A stretch of 60,932 bases of DNA, taken from Gemmatimonadales bacterium (GTDB taxonomy: Bacteria; Gemmatimonadota; Gemmatimonadetes; Gemmatimonadales; GWC2-71-9). The translations under genes were made by a program, and so were the position numbers. This document shows, in pieces, positions 19,448-30,037 of this stretch. The notes beneath the pieces were generated by a model that saw only the letters and a program-made list of their open reading frames with translations, had not been told where the DNA came from and ran no database searches. The DNA is taken from positions 1 through 60,932 of the forward strand of contig JBKJMX010000166.1 in assembly GCA_046596135.1 (NCBI GenBank). The letters run 5' to 3'. The number at the start of each line of letters is the position of its first letter. Position 1 is the stretch's first letter.

Positions 19448-20640
19448 GACGCGTCGTCCAGTGCGGCGACACCCGGGAGCGGCTTGCCCTCAAGGAACTC
19501 AAGCGACGCACCTCCACCGGTCGAGACATGCGTGACCCGGTCGTCGAGTCCGGCTGCTGCAACGGCTGCCGCTGAATCGCCGCCACCGATGATCGTGATG
19601 GCGCCCTTGTCGGTCGCCGCCGCCATCGCATGCGCCACACCAAGCGTGCCGGCGTCAAACGGTGGCGTCTCGAAGACGCCCATCGGACCGTTCCAGATAA
19701 CCGTGCGCGCCTTCCGGATGATGTCCGCAAAATGTTTCACGCTTGCTCCGTCGATGTCGAACATTGCCCAGCCCGCCGGAATGGCGTCGCGCGGAACCTC
19801 CCGCGTCTCGACGCCGGCCTCGAGCCGCTCGGCGATCATCGCGCCCGTGGGGAGCACCAACTTCGGGCCCGCCTGATCGATCAACCGGCGCGCCATGTCG
19901 ACCCGGTCCTCCTCAACCAGCGACTTCCCGGTTTCGAGTCCCATCGCGCGGAAGAAGGTGCACGCCATCGCTCCGCCGATGAGGATGTGATCGACCTTCG
20001 GCAGCAGCGCCTCGATGAGGTCGATCTTCCCGCTGATCTTGGCGCCACCGAGGATCGCGACGAACGGCCGTTCGGGTCGCTCGACGGCCTCCCCGAGGAA
20101 ACGCAACTCGCGCTCGAGCAGGAACCCCGCAACCGCTGGCTTCAGGAGGTGGGCGATCGCCTCGGTGCTCGCGTGGGCGCGATGTGCCGAACCGAATGCG
20201 TCATTGACGTAGATGTCACCGAGCGCTGCAAACTTCGCCGCGAGGCCGGCGTCATTCTGCTCCTCGCCCGGGTAGAAGCGAGTGTTCTCGGCGAGCGCCA
20301 CGCCGCCGCGCGGGAGGTGACGCACCTCGGCGGCGGCTGAGTCGCTGGCCGGGTCGGTCAGGAAGGTCACCGGAATCCCGAGCTGCTTCTCGAGCTCGCG
20401 GGCCACCGGCTTCAGCGAGAAGGCGGGATCCGGCTTGCCTTTCGGGCGACCGAGGTGGGAGAGCAGCACCACTCGCGCACCATGTTCGCGCAGGAAGCGG
20501 ATCGTGGGCAGTGATGCGCGGATGCGGGTGTCGTCTCCGATCACGCCATCGGTGATCGGGACGTTGAGGTCGACGCGCACCACCACTCGCTGTCCGTCGA
20601 AGTGCGCGGCGTCGAGCTGGGCGAGCGTCCGCTTGCTCAC
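19444..20640 (-). CDS. pgk: Phosphoglycerate kinase
   Basis: [35 protein letters not shown] and [16 protein letters not shown]. Confidence 0.97.
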   Translation of the reverse strand: MSKRTLAQLDAAHFDGQRVVVRVDLNVPITDGVIGDDTRIRASLPTIRFLREHGARVVLLSHLGRPKGKPDPAFSLKPVARELEKQLGIPVTFLTDPASDSAAAEVRHLPRGGVALAENTRFYPGEEQNDAGLAAKFAALGDIYVNDAFGSAHRAHASTEAIAHLLKPAVAGFLLERELRFLGEAVERPERPFVAILGGAKISGKIDLIEALLPKVDHILIGGAMACTFFRAMGLETGKSLVEEDRVDMARRLIDQAGPKLVLPTGAMIAERLEAGVETREVPRDAIPAGWAMFDIDGASVKHFADIIRKARTVIWNGPMGVFETPPFDAGTLGVAHAMAAATDKGAITIIGGGDSAAAVAAAGLDDRVTHVSTGGGASLEFLEGKPLPGVAALDDAS

Positions 20641-21647
20641 AACTGCGCGCCAATGTGCCGGATCATATCGACACAGCGCGCCGAATATCCCATTTCGTTG
20701 TCGTACCAGGACGAGACGTGCACCAACGTGCCGTCGACCACGGACGTCGACATCGAATCGACGGTGCTCGACGCCTGGTTGCCGATGTAATCGACCGAGA
20801 CCAGCGGCTCGTCGCTCACGAACAGCACTCCCTTGAGGGCGCCATCGGCGGCGGCGCGAAACGCAGCGTTGACCTCTTCCACCGTGGTACCCCGCTCGAC
20901 CGTGCAGGTGAGATCGACGAGCGACACGTCGGCGGTCGGTACACGGAGTGCGATCCCGTCGATCTTTCCCTTCACCTCGGGGATGACGAGTGACGTGGCC
21001 TTGGCGGCGCCGGTGCTGGTCGGGATGATAGACAGCGCGGCGGCGCGGGCGCGGCGGAGGTCCTTGTGCGGCAGATCAAGGATGTTCTGGTCGTTGGTGT
21101 AGCTGTGTACCGTCGTCATGAAGCCGCGCACGAATCCGAACTGCTCGCGGATCACCTTCACCACCGGCACGAGGCAGTTGGTGGTGCACGACGCGTTCGA
21201 GATCACGTGGTGCTTGGCCGGGTCGTAATCCAGGTGGTTCACGCCGTATACGAACGTCTTGTCCTCGCCCTTGGCAGGCGCCGAGATCACGACCTTCTTC
21301 GTGCCGGCGGTGAGGTGCATCGCGGCCTTGTCGCGATCGGTGAAGATGCCGGTGCTCTCCAGCACGATGTCGACACCGAGCTCGCCCCATGGCAGCTTCG
21401 AGGGGTCGCGCTCCGAGTAGACCCTCATCAGGTCGCCGCCAACGTCGAGCCCGCCGTCAACGGCGGTTACCTCGAACGGGAAGCGTCCGTGCACGGAGTC
21501 GTACTTGAGCAGGTGCGCCAGGGTCTTCGTGTCGGTGAGGTCGTTGACCGCCACGAAATCGATGTCGGTGATCCCGGCCGCCTTGGCTGCGCGAACCACG
21601 TTCCTGCCGATGCGTCCGAAACCGTTGATGCCGACACGAATGCTCAT
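20637..21647 (-). CDS. gap: Type I glyceraldehyde-3-phosphate dehydrogenase
   Basis: [19 protein letters not shown] and WYDNEMGY. Confidence 0.97.
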   Translation of the reverse strand: MSIRVGINGFGRIGRNVVRAAKAAGITDIDFVAVNDLTDTKTLAHLLKYDSVHGRFPFEVTAVDGGLDVGGDLMRVYSERDPSKLPWGELGVDIVLESTGIFTDRDKAAMHLTAGTKKVVISAPAKGEDKTFVYGVNHLDYDPAKHHVISNASCTTNCLVPVVKVIREQFGFVRGFMTTVHSYTNDQNILDLPHKDLRRARAAALSIIPTSTGAAKATSLVIPEVKGKIDGIALRVPTADVSLVDLTCTVERGTTVEEVNAAFRAAADGALKGVLFVSDEPLVSVDYIGNQASSTVDSMSTSVVDGTLVHVSSWYDNEMGYSARCVDMIRHIGAQL

Positions 21648-22408
21648 GCTGCAGCCTCACTTGAACGAAGTAGGGTGGTGATGTCGATCCGGGTCGCCGC
21701 GTCGGTGAGCGGCGGAGCGGCCCGGGCAAATGTCAGGGCACTTACGGCCTCCGCACCCCCATCAAGGAGCGCCGTGGCCGCCGAACATAATGTGGCGCCG
21801 GTGGTGAACACATCGTCGACCAGCACCGCGCGGCGCGCGCTCGCCGTGGCCGCGAATGCGCCGGCCAGGTTCACCAGTCGCATCGCGGGCGTCAGCCGGG
21901 TCTGCGTGCCGGTGTCGCGTAGCCGGCGAATCCGCCCGCGATCGACCGGGATGCCCGTCAATCGTCCCACTGCATCGGCCAGGCGTGCCGCCTGATTATA
22001 GCCCCGCGTGTTGCGACGGCGCCGGGAGAGCGGCACCGGCACGAGGTCGGCATCGCCATCCTGCGCGGCGAGCAGTGGCGCCATGCGGGTGGCGAACGCG
22101 TCGGCGAGCCGCCACCACCCATCGTACTTGAAGGCGTGGATCAACTCACGAACCGGGGTATCGAGCCGTACCGCGCTCCGTGCACCGCTGAACCCGTCCG
22201 GCCAACCCACGCAAAGCCGACACGCCACGCCGAGATCAGTCGGTTCGCCGCAGGTGACGCAGACCGGATCGGAGAGCGCACGCCATCGCAACCGGCACAC
22301 CGCGCATACCAGCGGCTCGCTGGCCTCGGTCACCGCCGCGCCGCAGGTCATGCACTCGGGCACCAGCAGCCACCGCTCGGCGGAGCGGAGCGGGTCAGGC
22401 CACGTCAT
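21644..22408 (-). CDS. ComF family protein (double zinc ribbon plus phosphoribosyltransferase-like domain)
   Basis: Four CxxC pairs, LIHAFKY, VPVPLS..R...RGYNQA and [11 protein letters not shown]. Confidence 0.9.
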   Translation of the reverse strand: MTWPDPLRSAERWLLVPECMTCGAAVTEASEPLVCAVCRLRWRALSDPVCVTCGEPTDLGVACRLCVGWPDGFSGARSAVRLDTPVRELIHAFKYDGWWRLADAFATRMAPLLAAQDGDADLVPVPLSRRRRNTRGYNQAARLADAVGRLTGIPVDRGRIRRLRDTGTQTRLTPAMRLVNLAGAFAATASARRAVLVDDVFTTGATLCSAATALLDGGAEAVSALTFARAAPPLTDAATRIDITTLLRSSEAAA

Positions 22409-23201
22409 CGGCGAGTGCGGCCCGCATCACCTGAACCGGCGGGAGGCAGCCCGGAAACCAGTACCGCCAGGCCGCAACACCCTGCCACAGGAGCGGCTCG
22501 CGGCCGTCGAGCGCCTCAACACCTCGCTCGCGCCACACGCTGCACCACGTCGTCGTCCCGCGGGCACGGTAGGTGAGGTCGAGCGCGGCGCGAACATCCG
22601 GAAATGCCTCTGGGTCGCAAGGAAGCGGGTCGCCGTCCGCGAGGCCGAGCGGTGTCGCGTTGATGACCACGGCCGCTATCGCCCCCGGCACCACCGTCGC
22701 GCCGAGTTCCGCACACCAGCCTGCAAACGCGTCGGCCCGTGCCGCATCGCGCGACGACACCGCCACCGGGTGCCCGCCGGCGACGGCAGCCGCCACCGCA
22801 CTGCGTGCGCTACCCCCGGTGCCGAGGATCAGCCACGCACCATCCGGATCGCCCATTGCCGCGACCGAAGCCGACACCGCCTCGACGTCGGTGTTCGCGA
22901 CGAGCAACCCGTTCTCGCTCCCCGCGAACGTGTTGATTGCTCCGGTGCCTGCGTCGAGTGCCGTCACGGGCGCGCAATCGGCTGCAACCCTCTTGTGCGG
23001 GATGGTGACGTTACCACCGCCGCCGGCGCGCGCGAGGAGATGCATCGTCGGCACGACTGCATCTGCATCACAACGGAACGCGACATACACGGCGTCGATC
23101 CCGGCGGCACGAAAACCGGCGTTCTGCATGCGTGGCGAGAGCGAATGCGCCACGGGATCACCCAACAAGGCAAATGTTCGCGTGCACGGCGAGACATTCA
23201 T
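22395..23201 (-). CDS. aroE: Shikimate dehydrogenase
   Basis: GDPVAHSLSP, NVTIPHK, GAINT, NTD, GTGGSA and INATPLG. Confidence 0.88.
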   Translation of the reverse strand: MNVSPCTRTFALLGDPVAHSLSPRMQNAGFRAAGIDAVYVAFRCDADAVVPTMHLLARAGGGGNVTIPHKRVAADCAPVTALDAGTGAINTFAGSENGLLVANTDVEAVSASVAAMGDPDGAWLILGTGGSARSAVAAAVAGGHPVAVSSRDAARADAFAGWCAELGATVVPGAIAAVVINATPLGLADGDPLPCDPEAFPDVRAALDLTYRARGTTTWCSVWRERGVEALDGREPLLWQGVAAWRYWFPGCLPPVQVMRAALADDVA

Positions 23202-23671
23202 GGTGAGTGCCCGGTGGGCCGCTCGGAGAGCAAGCGGGCGACCACGCCATCCAGCATCGCGTCGAACGCCTTTGCCGTCGCGCGGTACGCTTCAATGCTT
23301 CCGCCAAATGGATCGGGGACATCCGCACCAGCGCTGTCGGGATCGAAGCTGGACAGCAGGTGGGTGCGGTTGGCGCCGCCGAATTCCGCGACCCGCCGGT
23401 GATGTGCCTCGCCCATCACCAGAACCATGTCAGCGGCGTGGACCATCCCGGCGGTGAGCGGACGTGATCGGTGGATCGAGAGGTCGATGCCGCGCTCGAG
23501 CGCCACGAGGAGGGACCCGTCGGAGGCTGGGGCGCCGGGCCATGCCGACGTGCCCGCTGAGGTTACGATCGTGCCTGCCAGTTGAGGATGCCGCGCAATC
23601 CGTTCGGCCAGCATTGCCGCGGCCAGCGGTGATCGACAGGTGTTACCAGAGCACACCACGAGAATGCGCAT
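23198..23671 (-). CDS. Low-molecular-weight protein phosphatase, probably arginine phosphatase (YwlE-like)
   Basis: P-loop CSGNTCRS, SAGT and DVPDPFGG; start moved to ATG 23671. Confidence 0.85.
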   Translation of the reverse strand: MRILVVCSGNTCRSPLAAAMLAERIARHPQLAGTIVTSAGTSAWPGAPASDGSLLVALERGIDLSIHRSRPLTAGMVHAADMVLVMGEAHHRRVAEFGGANRTHLLSSFDPDSAGADVPDPFGGSIEAYRATAKAFDAMLDGVVARLLSERPTGHSP

Positions 23672-23673
23672 CG

Positions 23674-24324
23674 TCACGGCGCCAGCGACCCCGCCCGCGC
23701 GCGCAGTTCGGCTCGCGGAATGGCGCCCTCGCGAACCAGTCGTGCAACCGGCCCCGTGCAATCGACGAGTGTCGACGGCGGGACGTTGCCGAGGACACCG
23801 CCGTCCAGCACCAGCAGTTCGCCTGACTCCACTGACTCCGGGAAGATCGCCGGCACACCAGTCGCCCCGGCCGAGGGCGCGGTGCCCGGCACATTGGCGG
23901 AGGTCGACGTGATCGGCTCACCGATCGCGCTGATCAGGCGTGCCAGCAATGCGTGCGACGTCCAGCGCACGGCGATGCCCCCCTCCGGACCGCGGAGCCG
24001 ATCAGGCAGCCTGCCTTCCCCACCCCGCAGCACCAGCGTGAGCGGACCGGGCCAGAACTCCCGGGCCAGGACTCGCGCAGCCGGTGTCATTGCGAGCCCG
24101 GACGCTGTGAGCATGTCGAGGCCCGATACGAGCAGCAGGAACGGCTTGCTGGGGGCGCGACGCTTGAGACGCGCCAGGGCGTCGAGGCCGGCATCCGACG
24201 CATCCGATCCAACCCCGTACACCGTTTCGGTCGGATATGCGAGCAGTTTCCCGGCGCGCAGGTGGTCGACAACCTGAAGGGCGATGGCGTCGACGTCCGC
24301 CTCGGTGCGAAACGGGACGATCAT
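23674..24324 (-). CDS. tsaC: L-threonylcarbamoyladenylate synthase (TsaC/YrdC, no SUA5 domain)
   Basis: AYPTETVYG, LKRR...KP, FWPGPLTLVL, STSAN and PSTLVD. Confidence 0.88.
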   Translation of the reverse strand: MIVPFRTEADVDAIALQVVDHLRAGKLLAYPTETVYGVGSDASDAGLDALARLKRRAPSKPFLLLVSGLDMLTASGLAMTPAARVLAREFWPGPLTLVLRGGEGRLPDRLRGPEGGIAVRWTSHALLARLISAIGEPITSTSANVPGTAPSAGATGVPAIFPESVESGELLVLDGGVLGNVPPSTLVDCTGPVARLVREGAIPRAELRARAGSLAP

Positions 24325-25007
24325 GGCTGTGCGGCCAACCACTGTGCGAGGAGCACGTCGTCAGGGGTCGTGATTTTGACGTTGCGGGGCGAGCCAGGGA
24401 TGAGTTGCACCCGTTCCCCGATCCGTTCGACCAGCCCGGCATCATCGGTGGCACACAAGCCCTCGGCTTGCGCGGCTTCGTGCGCCCGCACGAGGACAGC
24501 GCGTGGAAAGGCCTGAGGTGTCTGCGCGTGCCACAATCCCTCGCGCGCCACCGTGGTGAGCACCTGCCCGTATACGTCGGCACGCTTGATCGTGTCGCCC
24601 ACCGGAATCGCGGGAACCGCCCCGTGTCCGTTCCGGGCGATCGCAATGCCCTGATCGATCACCGTGCGCGGCGGGAACGGCCGGGCGCCGTCGTGCACCA
24701 GCACGATATCGCAAAGCGGCCCGAGGGCGGCGAGGCCTGCCGCCACCGATGCGGTTCGCTCGTCGCCACCGGTGACGACGGCGAGCAGTTCGCCGACCTG
24801 TGCGGCCAGCCAGGACGGCGGATTCGCCACGTCATCGGCCGAGAGGACAACGACCACCTGCGCCACGTCCGGATGGGACACGAACGCCCGGATGGCGTGC
24901 AGCAGCACCGGTGCGCCGGCGAGCTCGAGGAACTGCTTGGCCACCTCGCCGCCGACACGGGTACCGCGTCCGGCCGCGACGATGACCACACCGCAATCAC
25001 GCGGCAA
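24321..25007 (-). CDS. ispD: 2-C-methyl-D-erythritol 4-phosphate cytidylyltransferase
   Basis: AAGRGTR....KQF, GGDERTASV, LVHDGARP, QTPQAF, TDD and NVKITT; probable TTG start 25007. Confidence 0.92.
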   Translation of the reverse strand: MPRDCGVVIVAAGRGTRVGGEVAKQFLELAGAPVLLHAIRAFVSHPDVAQVVVVLSADDVANPPSWLAAQVGELLAVVTGGDERTASVAAGLAALGPLCDIVLVHDGARPFPPRTVIDQGIAIARNGHGAVPAIPVGDTIKRADVYGQVLTTVAREGLWHAQTPQAFPRAVLVRAHEAAQAEGLCATDDAGLVERIGERVQLIPGSPRNVKITTPDDVLLAQWLAAQP

Positions 25008-26349
25008 GGGTGCGCACCAACTGGTCAACGTGTTCGAGGCCACGATGGCGGATACCCGCGACCGTCACCTTCGATCGCGCCGATCCGAACGCCTGATGGA
25101 AACCGAGGCGGGCCGCCTCGGCGAGGCGTCGCTCGACACCGCCAATCGGGCGCACCTCTCCGCCAAGCCCGAGTTCACCGAGATACATCGCATCGGCGGG
25201 CGTGGCACGATTGTGCGCCGACGAGAGAAGCGCTGCGGCCACCGCAAGGTCGGCTCCGGGCTCGTTGAGCCGTACGCCAGCGGTCACCTGCACGAAGACA
25301 TCGAGCCCGGCGAACGATGTGCCACCACGGCGCTCCAGTACGGCGAGCAGCACGGCGAGGCGTTTCGGGTCGATGCCCGTTGCGACCCGCTGCGGGGTGC
25401 CGTAGCCCGATGGTGCGGCGAGCGCCTGCACCTCCACGAGCACGGGACGGGTTCCCTCCATCAGCGCGGTCACGGCGCTGCCGGGTGTCCCCGCCGCGCG
25501 CGCCGCGAGGAAGACCGCGGAGGGATTCTCCACCGGGATGAGGCCGCGCTCGGTCATGGTGAACACACCGAGTTCGTCGACGGAGCCGAAACGATTCTTG
25601 GTGGCGCGCAGCAGTCGATAATCGAGCGTGGTCTCACCCTCGAAGTAGAGCACCGTATCGACGATGTGTTCGAGAGTTTTTGGGCCGGCAATGCCGCCGC
25701 CCTTCGTCACGTGCCCGACCACGATCACCGCCACACCAGTGTCCTTCGCGTAGCGCATCAACAGGCCGGCGCATTCCCGCACCTGACCGACGTTGCCGGG
25801 TGCGCTCTCGAGCGTGTCGGTGTAGACGGTCTGGATCGAGTCGAGAATGAGCACGGATGCACCGACGGTCTGCGCGGCCCGCAGGATCGCCTCGAGTCGC
25901 GTCTCGCCGATCACCTGCACGCCGCCGCTATCCTCACCGATCCGGTCGGCGCGCAGTCGCAACTGTTCGGGGGATTCCTCGCCACTGGCGTAGAGCACGG
26001 TGCGTCCGCCGGCCTCAAGTCGCGCGGCGGCCTGCAGTAACAATGTCGACTTGCCGATGCCAGGCTCGCCGCCAATCAGGGTCATCGACCCCGGGACCAA
26101 CCCGCCACCGAGCACGAAGTCGAGCTCGGGAAGTCCGCTGCTCCAGCGCTCAAGGCGCACGCCCTCGACCTCGCGCAACCGGATCGGCGCGGCGGCCGTG
26201 GCCACCATGCCACCCCCCTTGATGACGCGGTCGCCGGCCAGCTCCTCGGTGACGCTGTTCCAGGCGCTGCACCCCTCACACTGCCCGGCCCATTTCGCAT
26301 GCTGGTGGCCGCATTCAGCACAGCGCCACACCGACCGCACCCGCGCCAT
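24997..26349 (-). CDS. radA: DNA repair protein RadA/Sms
   Basis: C4 zinc finger, GEPGIGKST, KNRFG and Lon-like C-terminal domain; start ATG 26349. Confidence 0.95.
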   Translation of the reverse strand: MARVRSVWRCAECGHQHAKWAGQCEGCSAWNSVTEELAGDRVIKGGGMVATAAAPIRLREVEGVRLERWSSGLPELDFVLGGGLVPGSMTLIGGEPGIGKSTLLLQAAARLEAGGRTVLYASGEESPEQLRLRADRIGEDSGGVQVIGETRLEAILRAAQTVGASVLILDSIQTVYTDTLESAPGNVGQVRECAGLLMRYAKDTGVAVIVVGHVTKGGGIAGPKTLEHIVDTVLYFEGETTLDYRLLRATKNRFGSVDELGVFTMTERGLIPVENPSAVFLAARAAGTPGSAVTALMEGTRPVLVEVQALAAPSGYGTPQRVATGIDPKRLAVLLAVLERRGGTSFAGLDVFVQVTAGVRLNEPGADLAVAAALLSSAHNRATPADAMYLGELGLGGEVRPIGGVERRLAEAARLGFHQAFGSARSKVTVAGIRHRGLEHVDQLVRTLAA

Positions 26350-26350
26350 C

Positions 26351-27748
26351 TCAGTTCTCGCGGTCGCTGAGATTGTCGAAGCGGGTGAACTGCTTGTGGA
26401 AGTAAAGATCCACCTGACCGGTCGGGCCATTGCGGTGCTTGGCCAGGATCACGTCGGTGCGCCCCTCCAGCGATTCACCCTTCTGCTCGGCCTTCTCCCG
26501 CAGGTCCCGGTACATCTCGGGACGATGGATGAACATCACGAGGTCGGCGTCCTGCTCGATCGCGCCCGAATCGCGAAGGTCGGAAAGCAGAGGCAACCGA
26601 TCGCCGCCGCGCTGCTCGGAGGCGCGAGAGAGCTGCGACAGCGCAATCACCGGGAGCTCGAGTTCGCGGGCGAGCTGCTTGAGCGATCGCGAGATATCGG
26701 AGATCTCCTGCACGCGATTCTCCGAGTACTCCGGACTGCGCATCAGCTGCAGGTAGTCGACGATCACCAGCCGCACATCGTTCTCGGCCTTGAGTCGCCG
26801 CGCCTTCGATCGCATCTCCAGCAGCGTGAGCGCCGGCGTGTCGTCGATCCACACCGGACAGGTCTGCAGGATGCCCGCAGCGCGGGCGAGACTGGTCCAG
26901 TCGGGCGGCTTGAGCATTCCGCGGCGCACCGACTGGGAATCGACCCGGGCCTCGGCGCAGAGCATCCGCTGCACCAGCGAATCCTTCGACATCTCCAGCG
27001 AGAAGATCGCGACGCCGTGCCCCTCATGGGCGGCGTGCGTCGCCAAGTTGAGGCAGAAGGCTGTCTTGCCCATCGATGGGCGGGCCGCGACGATGATGAG
27101 TTCGGATGGCTGGAAACCGGTGGTCATGTCATCCAACTTGGTGAAGCCGCTGGGGACCCCGGTGATCGTTCCCTTGCCCTTCTGGAGCGCATCAATGCGA
27201 TCCATCGCCGGATACAGGAGTTCCTTGATCCGGATGAATTTTTCCTCGCCCCGCTGCTGGGCGATCCTGAAGATCTTCCCCTCGGCGCTGTCGAGCAGCT
27301 CGGTCGCCTTGGAGGCACCCTCGTAGGTCTCGGTAATGATCTGGGTCGCGGCCTCGATCAGCCGCCGCGAGATCGCCTTATCCTTGAGGATCCTCGCGTG
27401 GTATTCGAGGTTCGCTGCGGTGGGCACCGCATTGACCAACTCGTCGAGGTAGTCGATCCCCCCCGAGAGCTCGAGGTCGCCGCGTCGCTGCAGCTCGTCG
27501 CGCAGCGTGACGTAGTCGATCATCATGCGCTGTTCGACCAACGCACGGATGGCACGGAAGAGGCGCCGGTGACCCTCGCGGTAAAACATCCCGTCGTCGA
27601 GGAGTTCGGCACCACGAAGCGCGGCCTCGTTGTCGATGACCATGGCGCCAAGCACGGCCTGCTCGGCTTCCTGGCTCCAGGGCACAGTGCGGCCCTGGAA
27701 CGGATCAGTCGATTGCGTCGAGGAGCTGGCGAGCGATACGGACGTCAT
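26351..27748 (-). CDS. dnaB: Replicative DNA helicase
   Basis: EAEQAVLG, AARPSMGKT, FSLEM, DYLQL, LSQLSR, SDLRDSGAIEQDAD and KHRNGPTG. Confidence 0.97.
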   Translation of the reverse strand: MTSVSLASSSTQSTDPFQGRTVPWSQEAEQAVLGAMVIDNEAALRGAELLDDGMFYREGHRRLFRAIRALVEQRMMIDYVTLRDELQRRGDLELSGGIDYLDELVNAVPTAANLEYHARILKDKAISRRLIEAATQIITETYEGASKATELLDSAEGKIFRIAQQRGEEKFIRIKELLYPAMDRIDALQKGKGTITGVPSGFTKLDDMTTGFQPSELIIVAARPSMGKTAFCLNLATHAAHEGHGVAIFSLEMSKDSLVQRMLCAEARVDSQSVRRGMLKPPDWTSLARAAGILQTCPVWIDDTPALTLLEMRSKARRLKAENDVRLVIVDYLQLMRSPEYSENRVQEISDISRSLKQLARELELPVIALSQLSRASEQRGGDRLPLLSDLRDSGAIEQDADLVMFIHRPEMYRDLREKAEQKGESLEGRTDVILAKHRNGPTGQVDLYFHKQFTRFDNLSDREN

Positions 27749-28592
27749 CCCAGGCAGGCCGCTTCCAGTTGGGGTTTCGCAGCAATGCCGCGGGGTGATA
27801 TGTCACGACGAGCGGAATCCCGTTGTAACGGTGCACCTTGAGTCGGATCTCGCCCAATGGCTTTCGCACACCGAGCAGCGCTTCGGCGGCGGACGTCCCG
27901 AGGGCGAGGATCACCTTCGGACGCACCAGCGCGATCTGCCGATGAAGATACGGCATGCAGGCCTCCCGTTCATCAGGGAGGGGCGCGCGGTTCCCGGGAG
28001 GCCGGCACTTCACGACATTCCCAATGTAGACCGTTGCCCGCGGGGCCTCGATCGACTCGAGGATCTTGTCGAGCATCTTCCCGGCGCGACCGACGAACGG
28101 GCGCCCTGTCCTGTCCTCCTCCTCGCCCGGGCCCTCCCCGACGCAAAAGAGACCCGCAGACGGGTTTCCCTCGCCCGGCACGGCCAGGGTTCGCCCGGCC
28201 GAGAGCGGGCAACGCACGCACCCTGACACGACCTCGGCCACCGCCTCCAGCGAGGCCCAGGTGCCGTGTCCGCTCGTCGGAGCGGCGACGGTGACGGCGA
28301 GCCCCGGCCCAGGGATCGGAGGCGCTCCCGAGCGCCACTCCGCCGCGGGATTGCCCGTCGGCGCGAGGCGCCATGCTACCTCGGGGGCGGCCTCGATGGT
28401 CGGGCCAGGCGCGGCGGCGGCGGGCGCCTGAATGGCCCGCGCCGGTCGCGGCGACTTCCGGGGCGCCGGGGTCACCGCAACCTCGATTGGTGCGACGCGT
28501 GGTTCGCGCAACGGCAACGCGCGATCGAAGATGACCTCATCACCGCCGAGGTCGCGCTGCAACTCGATCCAACGGCGGGTCGCGTCATTCAC
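27705..28592 (-). CDS. Family-4 uracil-DNA glycosylase with Pro/Ala-rich N-terminal extension
   Basis: CVRCPL, VGEGPGEEED..GRPFVG, NVVKCRPP.NR and TYHPAALLR; GTG start 28592. Confidence 0.9.
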   Translation of the reverse strand: MNDATRRWIELQRDLGGDEVIFDRALPLREPRVAPIEVAVTPAPRKSPRPARAIQAPAAAAPGPTIEAAPEVAWRLAPTGNPAAEWRSGAPPIPGPGLAVTVAAPTSGHGTWASLEAVAEVVSGCVRCPLSAGRTLAVPGEGNPSAGLFCVGEGPGEEEDRTGRPFVGRAGKMLDKILESIEAPRATVYIGNVVKCRPPGNRAPLPDEREACMPYLHRQIALVRPKVILALGTSAAEALLGVRKPLGEIRLKVHRYNGIPLVVTYHPAALLRNPNWKRPAWDDVRIARQLLDAID

Positions 28593-29778
28593 GGTAACCC
28601 TCGATCGCGTTGAGGATGGCCTCTGCCACGTCGGCCTTCGATCGCAGCGACACGCGCTGCTCGCCGCCGAGGCAATCGACGATGGTGACAGCGTTGGTGT
28701 CCACGTCGAATCCTGCACCCTCTTCAAGCGCATCGTTGATCACGATCATGTCAAGCTGCTTGCGAGACAACTTCGCCCGTCCACGATCCAGCGCGTCGCC
28801 GGTCTCGAGGGCAAAGCCGACGGTCGTGAGGCCAGCGTGCCGATGCGGGAGGGTCGCCTCGAGGATGTCATCGGTGGAATCGAACGCGAGCGTGAAGCCC
28901 CCCGCGGACCGCGGCACCTTGGCGTCGCGCACCACCGACGGCCGGAAATCGGAGGGAGCGGCGGCCATCACGAGCAGATCCACGCTGCCGATCTCTGCCA
29001 GCACCGCCGCCGCCATCTCCGACGTGGTCTCGACAAAAGTGGTGTTCACGCCGAACGGAATCGGCTCGCTCGATGGGCCCGATATCAGCGTCACGTCGGC
29101 CCCGCGACGCCACGCTGCCTCAGCGATCCGGTATCCCATCTTGCCGCTGGAGCGATTCGACACGAACCGTACCGGGTCGATCGGTTCGCGGGTGGGGCCG
29201 GCGGTGACGAGCACATTGAGCCCGCGCATCGGACCCGGTCCCGCCAGGGTGCGTTCTGCCCAGGCAACGATTTCTTCGGGTTCTACCATCCGCCCGGGCC
29301 GCAACGATGGGCCCTCGGCGAGTGCACCGACCGCGGGGCCGACGATTGCCCAGCCACGATCCCGCAGCGTCGCGATGTTGGCGGTCGTCGCCGCGTCGGC
29401 GTGCATTTCGTCATTCATCGCTGGGGCGAGGAGGATGGGCCCCGGGGCCGCGAGGACCAGCGCGGTCAGCAGGTCATCAGCCATGCCGGCGGCGAGCCGC
29501 GCGATCACGTGTGCAGTGGCGGGGGCGATGAGCACGAGATCGGCACGATCGGCCACGGTCACGTGGTCGAGCGCGCCGTCACGTTCCCAGAGCGAGGTGC
29601 GGACCGCCCTTCTGGTCACGGCCTCGAACGTCACGGCGCCCACGAACTCGCGGGCGCCACGGGTCATCACGACATCAACGAGCGCGCCGCGGCGCGTGAG
29701 GTCCCGTGCGAGCAGCACGGCCTTGTAGGCCGCGACACCACCGGTGACGCCCAGGACGACGCGGCGGCCCTCCCACAT
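28585..29778 (-). CDS. coaBC: Bifunctional phosphopantothenoylcysteine decarboxylase/synthase
   Basis: GVTGGVAAYK, APATA, APAMN, TAGPTREPIDPVRF.SNRSSGKMG and GFALET. Confidence 0.95.
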   Translation of the reverse strand: MWEGRRVVLGVTGGVAAYKAVLLARDLTRRGALVDVVMTRGAREFVGAVTFEAVTRRAVRTSLWERDGALDHVTVADRADLVLIAPATAHVIARLAAGMADDLLTALVLAAPGPILLAPAMNDEMHADAATTANIATLRDRGWAIVGPAVGALAEGPSLRPGRMVEPEEIVAWAERTLAGPGPMRGLNVLVTAGPTREPIDPVRFVSNRSSGKMGYRIAEAAWRRGADVTLISGPSSEPIPFGVNTTFVETTSEMAAAVLAEIGSVDLLVMAAAPSDFRPSVVRDAKVPRSAGGFTLAFDSTDDILEATLPHRHAGLTTVGFALETGDALDRGRAKLSRKQLDMIVINDALEEGAGFDVDTNAVTIVDCLGGEQRVSLRSKADVAEAILNAIEGYRE

Positions 29779-29779
29779 C

Positions 29780-30007
29780 TCAGGTCTCGGTGCGGCGCCG
29801 GCGGAGCTCGCGGAAGGTCAGCTCACCGCTGGTGAGCTTCATCAGCGCGAGCGTGGTGAGCTTCTTGACGCCTTCGGTGCGCTCCCAGCGCTCGACCGCA
29901 TCACGCGGGAACTCGTTGAGGTACCGGGCGAACTTCGAGGCGACGAGGATACCCCGATACTTCGACCCGGTGTTTTCGGCGACTTCGTGCGGCGTGAAGA
30001 TTTCCAT
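29780..30007 (-). CDS. rpoZ: RNA polymerase omega subunit
   Basis: 75 aa with SKY..ILVASK.AR and K.TT.AL; gmk-rpoZ-coaBC context. Confidence 0.8.
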   Translation of the reverse strand: MEIFTPHEVAENTGSKYRGILVASKFARYLNEFPRDAVERWERTEGVKKLTTLALMKLTSGELTFRELRRRRTET

Positions 30008-30037
30008 GCTTCCCCCTGCGTGTGAGTACTGCCTGGA

